From Flaccisagitta enflata (taxonomy: Eukaryota): a stretch of DNA of 64,000 nucleotides. The stretch lies in contig OZ231126.1 of NCBI GenBank assembly GCA_965153355.1, positions 30,194,001-30,258,000 on the forward strand. Direction: 5' to 3'. Shown in pieces: positions 42,201 through 55,737 of this stretch. The position numbers were made by a program, and so were the translations under genes. How positions within the stretch are numbered: the first letter of the stretch is position 1; every line of letters starts with the position of its first letter. A model generated the notes under the pieces. It saw nothing but the letters and a program-made list of their open reading frames with translations, ran no database searches and was not told the DNA's origin.

Positions 42201-45200
42201 CTAAACTGCCGGAAGAATTGGTTCCTCCCCTGATTCCCACAGAACCATGTTTAACTAAAAAGAATCTGTAGTAAAATCAATTCTTCCGGTTATAGGAGTT
42301 GGAAAAAAGTGAGGTCGAACAGGTCAACTAGGAAAGAAAAGAATATTCATTAGCAATCATCATAACTTCCATTAACAGAGCATTTTGTTGTTCAACAAAC
42401 CTGATGCACAGAATGGTCAATCGACACTTCCCTACTTTTTTCATAGCACTATGACTCACAACCATCGCGAACAATTTGTAATTAAAGACTAGAAACTGAC
42501 CAAAGAAATTTCGGGTAGTTATTTTTTTGATCCATAAAATGAAGAAAAAAGCAACAAGGAATCTGGAATTCACTCAGTAAAAAACGATGGTACCCTAAAA
42601 AAGTCATTTACACATCTAAGGCTACGTTCGTCGTCTGGCCCTGGTCAAATGTCAATACAATCAAAGAGGCTTTGAGGTACAAGAAGGGTTAAATTCAACC
42701 AATGAAATAAACCCATAAAATGACACGAGAGGCGAGGCTAACGTTAGCACCACAAAACTTAGTTTTAGAAGGGGCGCGATATGATAGTTCCGGGAAATGG
42801 TGAAACAGCAAAAATTTCCCAAAACGATGAGGAATTCTTAAGTCGTAGAAACTATAAAATAAAATATGCGAAAAGGTAAATTTTGATTTTCCAAAATAGA
42901 CCTGATCAACGATCCTTGTAAGAACTTACATGGAAATCTCTTACCAGAAGTTATGTAGAATATGCAAACTCGCATATAAAGTATGTCTGCCTTCAATGAG
43001 ACTCCAACCAAATTCTAGAAGGAGACTATCGCCACGACCCCTTCTTCAAGATGCGATCAGAAACCTCGATGATGGCATCTAGTAGGTCCAGGAGGAAGGA
43101 AGGGGTTAATGGTGAGGCAGAAGGCCGAAACTAGAAACAAGTAAACAAGGCGATATACCTCCTCGACCACTCACATCAGGACCTGAATAACATTCAGGAC
43201 CTGACGATTGTACCGCCAATGCAGGAGGAGGAGGAGAAAGATGTCTTTCTTACAAAACAGCTGTAATAGGGTTATTTTTGCATCCAGCTTTTGAAAAATT
43301 TTAACAATAATTGGATGCCATAAGAAACAGTGCCTTGTTCCACTTTTGGTAATCGCCAATGAAGACTAGGAGTATATGGCGATGGCAAGGCTAACAGCCT
43401 TGCAAATGACCACCAGCGTCTACTCAAAGAGGATGGTCAAACCATAATATGTATATAAGCTTCTCATTGCTGGCGACTTCTCTACAAGTTGAGAATCAAA
43501 AACAATTGAATGACAGATTTTTACCTGAAACTTCAATTGGCAATAGAAGTAGTGGAGCAGCCGACCTGAAAGAGCGATAACTTTTCTGAAGGCTGAAAAG
43601 TATGCGTAGAGCGTAAACAACTTCTTACGCATTGATCTTTGGTGCATTGTCCATGATGAATGGAAACACCAAATTGCGGAGAGGCAACCTCCAACGACCA
43701 TACTGTCGCATGACAAAGCATTCCGGAGGAACTTTGCCGACTAAGCGCTATGCCGAATAGAGACTATGCACGTACGACGGCGGCTTCTACGACGGCGCAT
43801 GAGTGGCATTCTTCTCCTCGTAGACAAAACGGCAGCGCCGATGTCGAATGAGGCCCTCGACGGCGAATGATGCAACCCGGACACCGACATGACTCCTAGG
43901 AGACTTGTGAAGGCGTCCTCCGGCGGCGCCGAATCTTCCTCGGCGCTTCCGGCTTCTTCGCCGACGGAACCTCCATGTCCTGAGCCACCCAGTGACTCAG
44001 AAGGCAATCAGCCATGAGCAAAAAACAGAGTGACTTGGCCTGATGAAATTCGTCTTCTACTCTGACAATCACTCATGACAGCATACACAGAGGAATGAGA
44101 AAATATCAAAGGCCTCTTCTAGTATGCCCATTATACCAAGACCCACCATGTTGGCCGAAACCAAGTTAGGAGTGATCTACTCACATCTTCCTGTGCCCCC
44201 TCCAGCGTGCGCAGTGGCAGTGGAGGTGGCAGCGCCATCAGGGATGGACGCCAGGAAGAGGGGGGGGCGCCCCTGGTGCAGCCTTAAAGGTCACCCTGCG
44301 AGCTTGAGGTAGGGTATAATGGTAAGCCACCCCATAGCAGCAGCAGCAGCAGCGACGCAGCGAGGATGAAGGCGAAGGGAGTCGTACATGAAAAGGAAAA
44401 AGAGAGAAAGGGAAAGAATGGATTAATAATTGAGAAATGATGAATCATATGAGAACCAAAAAGGGATGGAGATGGGGATGGATGGAGGGCCATACAAATA
44501 CTCCGCGACTAAGAAAAACATTTCAGGAAGAAATATTTATTCTGTAGTCGCTTCATATTTGTATGTGTGGATGAAATTCCACCAAGGTCCGATATGAGAC
44601 AAAAATCAATCAATCAATCATTACATCCAACCCTGCTCAATTTAACCTTTGATGAAAATACGAGTTTCACTCCTGCTGCATCCTGAAGAAAGCTGCTGCT
44701 GCTGGAGAAGCTGCTGCTGCAGAAGATAAGCATTCTTCTTCTGAATCGTCGCCATCGTAACCCTATGGGCTGGGGGGACGGAGGCGGCAGAAGAGCGGGG
44801 CCTTGATCTGTATGGACAGAGGAACCCGGCAAGGGTGCGGAGAAGCGCGAAGGAGAAGGGGAGGCAACCGGCGACTCTCGCAGCAGCGTAGGACGTTGTA
44901 GAATGATTGCGACGGACTTCGGCGGGCCTTGATCCGCATGGACAGATGGACCCGGCATGGGTACGGAGAAGCGCGAAGGAGAAGTCAGCGGCAATTGGCG
45001 ACCATTGTAGAGGCGCAGGACGCGGGACTTTGACTTGCCATTCAGTCTAGGCGGGCGAAGACGAGATCCAAAAATGAGAAGGAAACTTATCCTTGAAAAC
45101 AGCAGGAGGCAGCCATCTTGTTATGACATCACTTGCTGTTAAATAGACGTCCCAGAATAACTCATTTTTCTGAAAAGTACTCATCCTTGCAGCTTTTCTG

Positions 45201-46643
45201 GAAGATAAAACACTAAAGATTATGAATTAAGCCAAAAAAATTTTTTTTGAAATTTTTCTATGGTGGAAGTATTAGGTCAAAGTAGATATTAGGTCAAAAT
45301 TTCAAAATGAGAATTTTGTAATTCTGATTGCAGATTCAGAATCCTTGCAAAAAACTGTGTGAACAAAGTGCTTTTCTTTTTTTGATATTCCATCAGGAAG
45401 TTTATCAAAATTTTAATTGAAAATCTTGATCGGGTCAAAATTGCTCTTTTGTTTGAAATTGGCCTTATTTGGGTTTTTGACCTCAATTTTGACTATCTTT
45501 CTGAAGGAATATAAAAAAAAGCAGAGCACTTTCTTCACACAGTTTTTTGTGAGGATTCTGAATCTGTAGTCAGATTTACAAAATTCTCATTTTGAAATTT
45601 TGACTATATCTATTTGACCTCATACCTCAAATTCAAAATTTAAAATTTTTCGGCTCAATTATAATCAGTGTTTTATCTTCCAGAAAAGCCGCAAGGATGA
45701 GTACTTTTCAGAAAAATGAGTTTTTCTGGGCCGTCTACTGTTAAAATTGACTCGGTTGCCTGAAACGGACGTGGAACCAGATTCCCGTCCACAGGAAGGC
45801 CCTGCGTGAGGGAACTTGACCGAGGAAAGATACGGACCACTTGTAACAATCGTGACAGTGTGTGAAGTCCTTTAAGGCGATGAACTTACTAATTTTTAGT
45901 AATATTTGGAAAATATTCGGAGCTAATCGACCGGTAGGTTCGAGTAGCGATCAAAAGATGGCATTACAAGCGAGTATTGCATGGATTGGCACGATTGGCC
46001 TGCTCTTTTGTTTTGTCGATTGAGCAATTCGACTGTGCCAAAGGAGCTACTACCGGATATCGATGTCGATCAATATCCACACATACAAATATGAAGCGAC
46101 TACAGAAACAAAGGTATCAAGTCGTTTTCAATTGGACATACTGCAGCAGCTATTAAAGCATACATGAACTATGCAAATCGCAATTAGACGTACATAGCCA
46201 TTAGCGAGTGAAACAAGTGGAGGCGACAAAATAGCATGACAAATACCGCAGACAAAAACAGATATTTTCATCGGTCGTAACAACAACGCAACCTCGTGTA
46301 ATATGCAGCCCCTCCTCCTACCACGGTGACATCACTCTCAAAACTATCCATCATCAACATCATCATCCTCTCACCTTTGTAATTGATGCTCTTTCTGTAG
46401 ACGTAGATTTCCTGATCGAGAAGTTCGAAAAGTCGAGGCGGGAAGAACTGAAAGTCTTGTACGTTGGGTTGTTTGGGGGGTCGAGGGGCCTTCGGGGCTT
46501 TGGGTTCCGACACCCTCAGGGCCTCGCGGAAATAAGCGTCCACGGCGTAATTGGCTTTGCGCTCTCGCTTTGGCGGCTCAATCCAGTGCCCAAGGAGTGA
46601 CTTGTTGTGTTTATCTCTGAAGAGAGAAATAAAGGAAAATGGC

Positions 46644-46703
<60 letters not shown>

Positions 46704-46903
46704 TGTGTTTGTGTTTGTGTGTGTGTGTGTGTGAGTGTGTGTGTGTGCGTGCGTGAAGGTGTGTGTGTGTGTGTGTGTATGCGTGCGTGGAGAGAGTGTG
46801 TGTGTGTGTGTGTGTGTGCGTGAGTGTGTGCAGAGAGAGAGAGTGTGTGTGCGTGTGTGTGAGTGTGTGTGTGTGCGTGTGTGAGAGAGAGTATGTGTGT
46901 GAG

Positions 46904-46939
<36 letters not shown>

Positions 46940-48471
46940 AAGAGAGTGTGTGTGTATGTGTGTGTGTGAAGAGAAGTGTGTGTGAAGTGAGAGTGAAGTG
47001 AGTGTGTGTGAGTGAAAGTGTGTGTGTGTGTGTGCATGTGTGCGTGTGTGTGTGTGTGAGTGTGTGAGAGAGAGTGTGTGTGTAAGAGAGAGTGTGTGTA
47101 AGTGTGTGTATGTAAGAGAGAGTGTGTGTGTAAGTGTGTGTGTGAGGGTGTGTGCCAGAGAGAGTGTGTGTGAGATTGTGAGAGAGAGAGGTCCAGCAGA
47201 GAATGTGTGAGGGAGTGAGTGAGTGAGTGAGTGAGAGAGAGAAAGGGGTGTATCTTCCCACAGCTAAAGCGCCCAACAGCTAAAATTTTTCCATGACAGA
47301 TTGGCCCAAGAGCTAAAATATTTTTTAGCTTTGCAGCCATTTTTAAGCATTTTATTTCTAAAGTTTTTGTCTGAAAAAGTGGTCTAACTTCTAAAATTTC
47401 TTTCTGTGATTGGCCTAAGTTCTAAAAAAAAGATGGAAGAAAAACACAATAAAAAAGAACAAAAAAGGTCTAAACAATACACAAATCAAGTTTCATCCCT
47501 TTACACATGTTATATTTGGTAATACTATTTTTTAAATATACAGCTTCAGTCTAGAGGGCATTTTAAGGGACCCTGCAAATTTATCCCTTTTAGTGAAACT
47601 GCTTTCTTTACAATTCAAAAAAAGATTACAAAATCTCTTAAGGGAGAGCAAATAGTATACCTTATAGACGGGCATGCCTTAATGGCAGGTGAACAACAAT
47701 TCTCAAATTCAGTATTTGTTTTTTCAATGCAACATAAGGAACCTTCTTATCCCTGATTTTGAGCATAGTAGCAAGATGCAGTTTGTACCATTGGATACAC
47801 ATGGTGCAATCTGCATCTTGCTATGATAGTTAAGAGCAGAGGTATATATATTTCTTATGAAAGTTGGACGACATTACTACTCAACAATATCTAAATTAAG
47901 GACAAGATCCTTTAGAGCTCTTAATGGTCTTTGATCCGGACCCATCACAACAATCCTTAAAACATCTGAAAAAATCTTCCCTCTTCCCTCTTCAGAAGTT
48001 TTCTTGCATTCAAAATAAAAACCTACAGTATATCAATAAACAGTAATTATTTATATATTCCATTTGCAAATTAACTTCATTTGAATTTAGTATTGCTCTT
48101 GCATGCTCAACTGCACTTTATAATTTCTTGTATCTTTATTGTGGACTAGTGATTTTCAGACACTTTGTGCTCTTGTTTGTCTGCTGCTCTCTTGATCCAA
48201 CAATCTATCTATCTCTGTTTCTCATATCTGTTTTTCATGTCTGTTCTTCAATGCCCTCCTTTTTTTAGACATCAGGCGCTTACTTTTTAGCTGTTAGGCG
48301 CATTCAGAATTTCAAACTATGCCAACACTTTAAGTTTCAAATTGGCCTCAAGTCTAAATTTTTTTTTTAGCACTCAGGTCAAAATCATTTTTAGACATCA
48401 GGCCACTGGAATATTTTAGCTTTCAGGCGCTTCCCCCGAGAGGAAGAGAGAGAGTGTGTGTGTGTGTGTGT

Positions 48472-48504
<33 letters not shown>

Positions 48505-48557
48505 AGAGTGTGTGAGAGAGAGTGTGTGTGAAGAGAAGAGAGAGAGAGTGTGTGTGA

Positions 48558-48634
<77 letters not shown>

Positions 48635-48636
48635 AG

Positions 48637-48703
<67 letters not shown>

Positions 48704-51700
48704 ATAATACACAAGGTGGAATCAACGGCTAACCTAATTGCGCGCTGGTAGGCAATTCTGCAGGAGTATTGATGCAGTGATACTAAAAGCCCATGTAAAA
48801 GCCAAGTGTGACAGGCCGACAAACGGACAGACAGAGATCCATTTGAGTTGCGTGCATGCGAAAAAAAAAAGTTAATTGAGCTGATCAGTGATCAACCATA
48901 AAGCGAGTTAAGAAGACAAAAAAGAAGTAGATGTAATTGCGTGCACGGCTGCGCGTGATTTCATCATGTGAATACCTGAAATCTTCTCCCTCGAATTTGT
49001 AGCAAGAGTACTCTGTGTCCATGGTGAAGTTTTTGAGATTGCTTTCCCCCAACTTTTCCATTTTCTGGTTGATTTCGTCGGTTTTCTTTTTGCCTCGTTG
49101 GAGAATCTGGTCGATATCCTCGTCCGTGATGTCGCTCTCTTTCGACGCGAAGACGTGGTCAGCGCCGTGACGGATCATCGACAGCACCTATTTTAAATGG
49201 ATGATTTTCCCACGTAAAAGAATTGAATCAGCTTTTTTTTCCAAATGTCAAATATCGAGTTATTATCATCATCATCCTAGTCTTCCGTTTTTGTTAATTT
49301 GACAAAATTACGAGGAAGTCACTCCTTCCAAGTGAACGATTAAATAACATTTGACACGGAAGCAAGTGTAGCTTGCTTACAATATTCAGAACAGAATGCC
49401 CATCCTTTTCCGTCGCCCGACCCCGTATCCCCTTCCACAACCAAAAAGAGTGGATCATCTACAGGTTCGGACGGAATTTAAGATGTTATAAGTCACTTTT
49501 TAACCCACCATACCCCACAGCCCAAACTACTTACAGTAGAGACATGAAATTTGGTATGGAAAGTCAGTTGGGGAATACTTTTGGGGCCATCAGAGGGTTT
49601 TTTTCAATTTCCGCCCCTGAGCAGAAATATAGGGGTGCGGTGGGGTAGCCCTTGAGGGTTGAAAAATCAAAAAAAAATTTTTTTTTGAAATTTTTGATTT
49701 TTTTAGTTGGATATGTTGTATTAGGCTCTAATAAACACAAAAAACTAAAAATCATCATAGAATTGTGATTTCACAAGCATTTTTGATTTTTTTGAAGTGC
49801 CTCGTTAGAATGTTCAGATGTGCATAACTCTTCAAATTTCAAGAATAGTTCAAGAATTTTTGTATATTTGTTATAATATTAACTAGATTTAACCAATAAA
49901 ATTCAAAAATTCCTCAGGGGTTCACCCCACCCCACCCCCATATCTCCGCTCAGGGGCGGAAATTGAAAAAACCCTCTGATGGCCCCAAAAGTATTCTCCA
50001 ACTGACTTTCCACGCCAAATTTTATGTCTCTGCTATAAGTGGTTTAGGCTGTAGGGTATGTGGGTTAGAAAGTGACATATAACATCTTATTCCGTCCAAA
50101 CCTGTAAATCTTCTGGAGCTTGTTCTGTCCCTCTGTGAGTCTGTCTTACTAGATAACAATGTCATTTAGCCCCAGCCTTACCTCGTCTTTCTGGAGCTTG
50201 TTCTGTCCCTCTGTGAGTCTGCCTTGCTGGATGACGATCTTATCGAGCCTCAGCTTCATCTCAGCTCTCTCCACGATTCGTTCTTCCACCGTGTTTTCAG
50301 TGACGAAGCGGAATACTTGGACTTGCTTCTGTTGTCCGATACGATGAGCGCGATCCATGGCCTTTCGCAGCAAAAATGAGAGAAAAATTGAGAAAATGTG
50401 GTCATGTGTTTGTATATTTTGTCTGTTTGTTGTCGTGGTTTTTGTTTGTTCTTGATTGATGCTATTTTTGTTTGTTTAGTGGCATGAGGATGGTCCCGTC
50501 GTCGACGTCGTTGTTGTTATTGTTATTGTTGCTTTAGCCTGTAATTTTTAATTTTAGTAATTCTTGTCTTCGTTTTGTTTGTTTGTTTATGTTTGGTTGG
50601 AGTTGTTTTCGTTAGTTGTTGCTTGTTTTTATTTGTTTGTTGTTGTTTCAGTTGTCGTTTCTGTTATGGTTGTCCTACCGCTTTCGTCATGGTTGTGATT
50701 GTAAGTAGCTTTCAAAGAGTTTTTCATTCATACTTGTCCTTTTTCAGCGTTGTTCCATGTTGCTATGACCGGTAGAATGAGGTCTTAAATCAATACATGA
50801 ACTCCGCACCTGTAAATCAGCCTGTGGATTCCAATCCGAATCATACAAAATGACGATATTGGCGGTGGCGAGATTAATGCCGAGACCACCGGCGCGCGTC
50901 GACAACATGAAGATGAAGATATCAGAGCCAGGGGCGTTGAAAGCGTCTATGCTCTTCTGACGCTCCTCGTGAGCAGTCGAACCGTCCAAACGACAATGCT
51001 TGAACCTTCACGAAGAAACGAATTGCGCGGATTACATCGGTATTCAGAGTAATTAAGATATGTATTGAGATGAAAAGAGAAAGCGACGGAAGGCAAAAGC
51101 GAGCAAGAAGTTTCAGTGAAATATGTGAATGCCGCATGACCAATAGCGATGCTTTTTCACATACCCGCGCCACATGCAGAAATCCTCCAAGATGTCCAAC
51201 ACTCTTGTCATCTGACTGAAAATCAGCACACGGTCGCCTGAAATGATTAAGAGGCAATGTCCATAAGGATGATCTGAGGTAGTTGCCAAACGAAATGATA
51301 TCGCTGTCATCACATTCCCATACAGACGTTGGCCCATACTGCGTACAGCACGTTGATTCGTCAATCTTCCGACTTTAGGTTTCCTTCCCTTAATCCCAGT
51401 CGAAATCACAATCACTTGATAATTCATTAAATCAACGCTACCGTCTAAACGCGCGGCTTCAATCCTCACCATCTTTTTGCAGCTTGGGCAGGAGTTTGTC
51501 GAGCAGCACCATTTTGCCGCTGTTGTCTACGAGATGTTTGTCGGTGGTGTATGGCGGTCCAGGTTCGGCGCCGTCGAACAAATAAGGATGATTGCAACAT
51601 TTGCGAAGCTGCATCAAAATGTTCAACAGGCGAAGTTTGTCAGACTTTCCGGCGTTGTTCACCACGTCGATATCCTTCATCAAAATACGAGTATACCTGA

Positions 51701-54700
51701 GGGGAGGAAGAGGTAAGGGGTATGAAGCGAAGGAAGAACAGAGTGAGAGTGTGAGTGCACAAAGACACACACAAATATGCACACAACAAACATGCGCACA
51801 CACACACGCACGCACACAGCATAAATCACAATACATCATACACACCATCCAAAACACACCATGCACAACACAAACACATCCACAACACGCACATCCCACA
51901 AACACATACCACCCACACAACCACATACAAGCACCAACACACACAAAACGCATCGATCACAACACACACACTACACACACACACATCCAAAACACACAAA
52001 CATCCGCCGCAACACACACATCCACCACACACGTACACATCCACCACACACACCCACATCCACCACACACACACAAACATCCACCACACACACACAAACA
52101 TCCACCACACACACCAACATCCACCACACACACCAACATCCACCACACACACCAACATCCACCACACACACCCACATCCACCACACACACACCCACATCC
52201 ACCATTCCCACACAGAGCTCTTACCATTCTCTTTGCATTCTTGAGAGTCCGATGAAAATCTTCAACTCCTTCTTGGGCAGAAGATTCTTTTCCACGTCGA
52301 TTTTGAGACGACGGAGAAGGAAAGGTTTGAGAATCGCGTGAAGACGAGTGATCAAACCCTAGAAAGTTATTAAAGAAAGTAACGAGTATAACTGCTCGTC
52401 GATGCCAGAAGCAAAAACCTGCACGAGAGACAGAAGTAGATCCTATGAACGAATAATGAGGACGATTGAGGAAAAGAATGATTGAATGAATTAGTGAATA
52501 AACGAATGAACGACTAAATGAAGGAATGAATGAATGAATAGAGAAAACCAAAAAACTGGAACAAACGTCAAACATGAACTACGCCGCCACGAAAAAGCTT
52601 ACGTCATCAGTTCCGGAGACGGTGCTGTTGGTGTTGAACCACGCGTCGAAGTCGTCGGAAGACCCAAACACTTCCGGCAGCAGGAAGTTGAGAAGCGCCC
52701 AAAGCTCGTGAAGGTTGTTCTGCAGAGGTGTTCCCGTCAACAACAATCGGTTCGTCGACTTGAATTCGCGAACGATTTCAGACAATTTGGATTTCTGGAC
52801 AGGGAAGAGAGAATGGAAGATACATGAACTATCGGTAACGCCAGAGAAACTTGGGAAGCAATGTGTGAATGTGGATTGACGTGTTTGCTGGCACAGCTTA
52901 ATTGCATTACACTACTTGCTTACTGACAAAACATCGAAAATAAAAAAAGCGTTGCTGCGTTTCACTTTCAGACTATAAGTTCAATAGCAAGAACCCATGG
53001 GGTCTATCAAGCGATATAGCGACAGAACTTCTTAATAATGAATACATCCTATTTGCAAACCATCACTTAGCGGGCAAAACCACAGCTGAAGCAAGAATTA
53101 AGCCAATCATTCTGTAACATGTTTCTTTCTTACTTCGTTCTTGATTCTGTGAGCTTCATCGATGATGAGATAACGCCAATTGAATTTCTTAAAAACGGCC
53201 TTTTCCTTGAGGACCATTTCATAGGAAGAAATGAGGACGTCCCAATGGCCAGGCATGATTGTGTCCCGAATCAGCTCGGCACGGGCATCCTTGAGGAAAC
53301 AAAAGAAATCAAAATATCGAAGGAGATGACGAGCAAGATTGAAAAGTTTACATTTCGTATATGATGAAAGACAATGTAAATCGCGTTCCAAGAAACAATA
53401 CATGATAAAACTGACCTTGTCCCCGATAAGCACGACAGCTCGAAGCGTGGGACACCAGCGAATGAATTCGTTGCGCCAATTGTTCAACGTGGACTTGGGT
53501 ACGATCACCAAATGAGGACCTGAAAATTGACCAAAATCAGGGGTGTATAAAATTGAGTCGCTTTTGAGTCCCCCCCAGCCCCGCCTTTGGTTTTATTTCC
53601 CGCGATGCATTGCGTCACGTTTTAAAAAAGCAAAAAAAAAAAAAAACACAGTTAAAGTTTTAATAGTGTTAAAATTGTCTTTTACTAATCAGCTTTTATG
53701 ATTTGGTACTGCCAAAAGCTATATTTTCCCCAAATCTTCTCTTTTTTCCCCTTTGATTTTCTTCCCTATCTCCAAATTCTTAGATTTGAAAATCGCATTA
53801 CGGTATCTTGAACTGAAAAGGCCGGTCGGTCGACCGCGGTCTTGCGTCACTTAATCGAAGATCATTCCTCCAAGTGAGTCTATTGCTCAATCCCACTACA
53901 CCGGCCGGTCAATCACGTTTTCTATCAGCCCTTTTGTCATCCCATCATTCAAACACCGGTCGCGCCAATAAAGAGACCTTTTACCACTCACCGGCCGTGT
54001 TGCGATAATGCTTCATATAACCAAGTAAAGAGATGGTTTGCAGGGTTTTCCCCAGACCCATCTCGTCGGCCAAGATCCCGTTGATGCCGTTTTCGTAGAG
54101 AGAGATCATCCAATTGAGACCGCGAATTTGGTAATCACGCATCGTCCCGCTTTCGATGTAAAAAGGAGACTCGTCGAATCTGATCGATACAACAACGAGG
54201 AAACATTCATGTCAACATCATCATCATATCATCATTATCGTCATCATTGTCATTCTTATCATCATGTTCATCATTGTCATCATCGTCACCATAATCATCA
54301 TCGTCACAATTAGCATCCTCGTCATCATCGCCATCTTTATCGCCACCATCATCATCATCTTCGCCCTCATCATAGGATCATAATCAGCATCGCCCGCATC
54401 ACCATCATCATTACCTTCATCATCATAGTCACCTCCATCATCATAGTCATCTTCATTATTCACCGCTCTAGGCAATCTTCATCATCATCATCGTCATCGT
54501 CAGCATCGTTGTCGTCGTTATGATCGTCATAATCAACATCATCATCATCTTTCACCTTCTACTCGTGAATCTTCGCCCACGACACCGCCATCATCATGAC
54601 ATCGCCAAAATCATGCTCTTTCTCCATTTTCATCATCATCATTCAACGTCATTGGCATATTCAAATACGTTATAACAATCATCATCGTCGTCACCTCCGT

Positions 54701-55437
54701 CTACCGTCGTCAACATGTCGCGATCATCATAATATCCAAATCATCACCTCGTGACGTAAGCCGCTGATTTTTTGGCGTCGCTGAGGAGTTCCTCGTCTTC
54801 CTCTTGTTCCGACTTTTTGTGCCGATGATCACCCGCGTCAGACAATTGTCGTTTAGCTTCCTTCAGACTTTCGGGTTTCTTTGGTCGACCTTTCATCTTC
54901 AACGGCGATGTGCCACCGGAACCGCTCTTCGTCGCGCCTGACAGCCAAACAAGTTTGGTGCTTAGTTTTGATTGGTGATCGGCAATTAGTAAGCGGATAA
55001 CTTCACTTTTGCTGACGGTGTAACCATGCACACATCCCTGTGCCCAAAACCTCTGAACAAGACTAAGACTCATCCCCTTGTCATCACACCACGCCTCCAG
55101 TTCACTAAACTCCAATTTTCTTTCGCTTCAAATTTCAAAAACCCTCACCGGCTTCCTGCATGAAATGTCCGAAGATTTCGGTTTGTTTGAGCAAGAACTC
55201 GAATCTCTTGCATCTGTCTGCCTCCATTTTGTCGTCATATTCGGCGTTGCCTTCGCCATTTCCGCTCTCTTTGCCCTTTTTCGCCGACGCAGAGTCTCGC
55301 TTCTTCTTCTCTCCTTCTGGCAGAAATTCCTCTTCCTCTTCCTCGCCAGATCCTTCCCCTTCCTTAGTCTCCTTCTCTTCCTCTTCTTCCTCCTCCTCGA
55401 CAACGGCCTTTTTCTTGTCCTCTTTAGAGTCAGACAT
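39244..55437 (-). CDS. SMARCA5: ISWI-family SNF2 chromatin-remodelling ATPase (SMARCA5/SMARCA1-like), 15 exons, 3' end absent
   Basis: Phase-consistent GT-AG exons (-): 55437-55149, 54937-54748, 54179-53992, 53519-53416, 53289-53134, 52794-52603, 52358-52225, 51696-51470, 51237-51165, 51005-50810, 50361-50182, 49187-48976, 46616-46375, 39942-39725, 39491-39244. Motifs [97 protein letters not shown] and HAND-SANT-SLIDE up to [10 protein letters not shown]. Confidence 0.95.
44491..44572. other. Internal complementary region (ICR) of the DIRS element
   Basis: 44491-44543 is the reverse complement of 40011-40063 (1 mismatch). 44541-44572 is the exact reverse complement of 46075-46106. The two parts overlap at TCT. 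Confidence 0.9.
45143..45740. mobile_element. Foldback MITE nested in the DIRS element
   Basis: Flanked by TTAA on both sides. The arms TAGACG.CCCAGAA.AACTCATTTTTCTGAAAAGTACTCATCC are inverted at the other end, and the element is palindromic over most of its length. Confidence 0.75.
49462..50104. mobile_element. Tc1/mariner-type foldback MITE in an ISWI intron
   Basis: TA TSD and imperfect TIRs of about 190 bp (CAGGTTCGGACGGAAT ... ATTCCGTCCAAACCTG). Confidence 0.75.
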
Positions 55438-55737
55438 GTCTGTATCGAAGTTTGTCAAGTATTCCAATGACACAAAAGAATACCGTAATTAATAAATACC
55501 GTAGCAGCCTGTGAATGATAACGTTTTTTTTTAAAAATCAACAAAGACAAATAATAATTTCAGAACATGGGTCTATCAGAACTATCAATAATCGCGACGT
55601 CGCAGAGAGAAACTGGCGATATTCCCTTTTAACCCGAATAAACATTTCCACTCCGCGTCACCCTAATATCATCGCGTCATCATTTTCGATCGTGGATTGT
55701 CCTCAAAAACACACCCTCATCATCATCAACAACCCCA

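Larger units (their letters stand above)
40011..46106 (-). mobile_element. DIRS1-type tyrosine-recombinase retrotransposon, non-autonomous/decayed, in an ISWI intron
   Basis: 132-bp ITRs (40057-40188 and 45957-46088, 2 mismatches), unpaired terminal extensions of 46 and 18 bp, and an ICR at 44491-44572 complementary to both termini. Both ends share the trinucleotide AGA and there is no other TSD. Decayed minus-strand remnants include [10 protein letters not shown] near 43690 (resembling the pol-start VGGRL motif) and ADPAV...QKF...AF..RGMPL..W near 41450-41570 (resembling a YR C-terminus). Confidence 0.85.

Noticed and set aside
51750-52205. His/Thr/Pro-rich ORFs of 127-249 aa
   Set aside because: They come from a CA-rich minisatellite within an ISWI intron.
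54200-54740. His-rich and Asp/Met-rich ORFs
   Set aside because: They derive from a degenerate (ATC)n tract inside an ISWI intron whose flanking exons join in phase without it.
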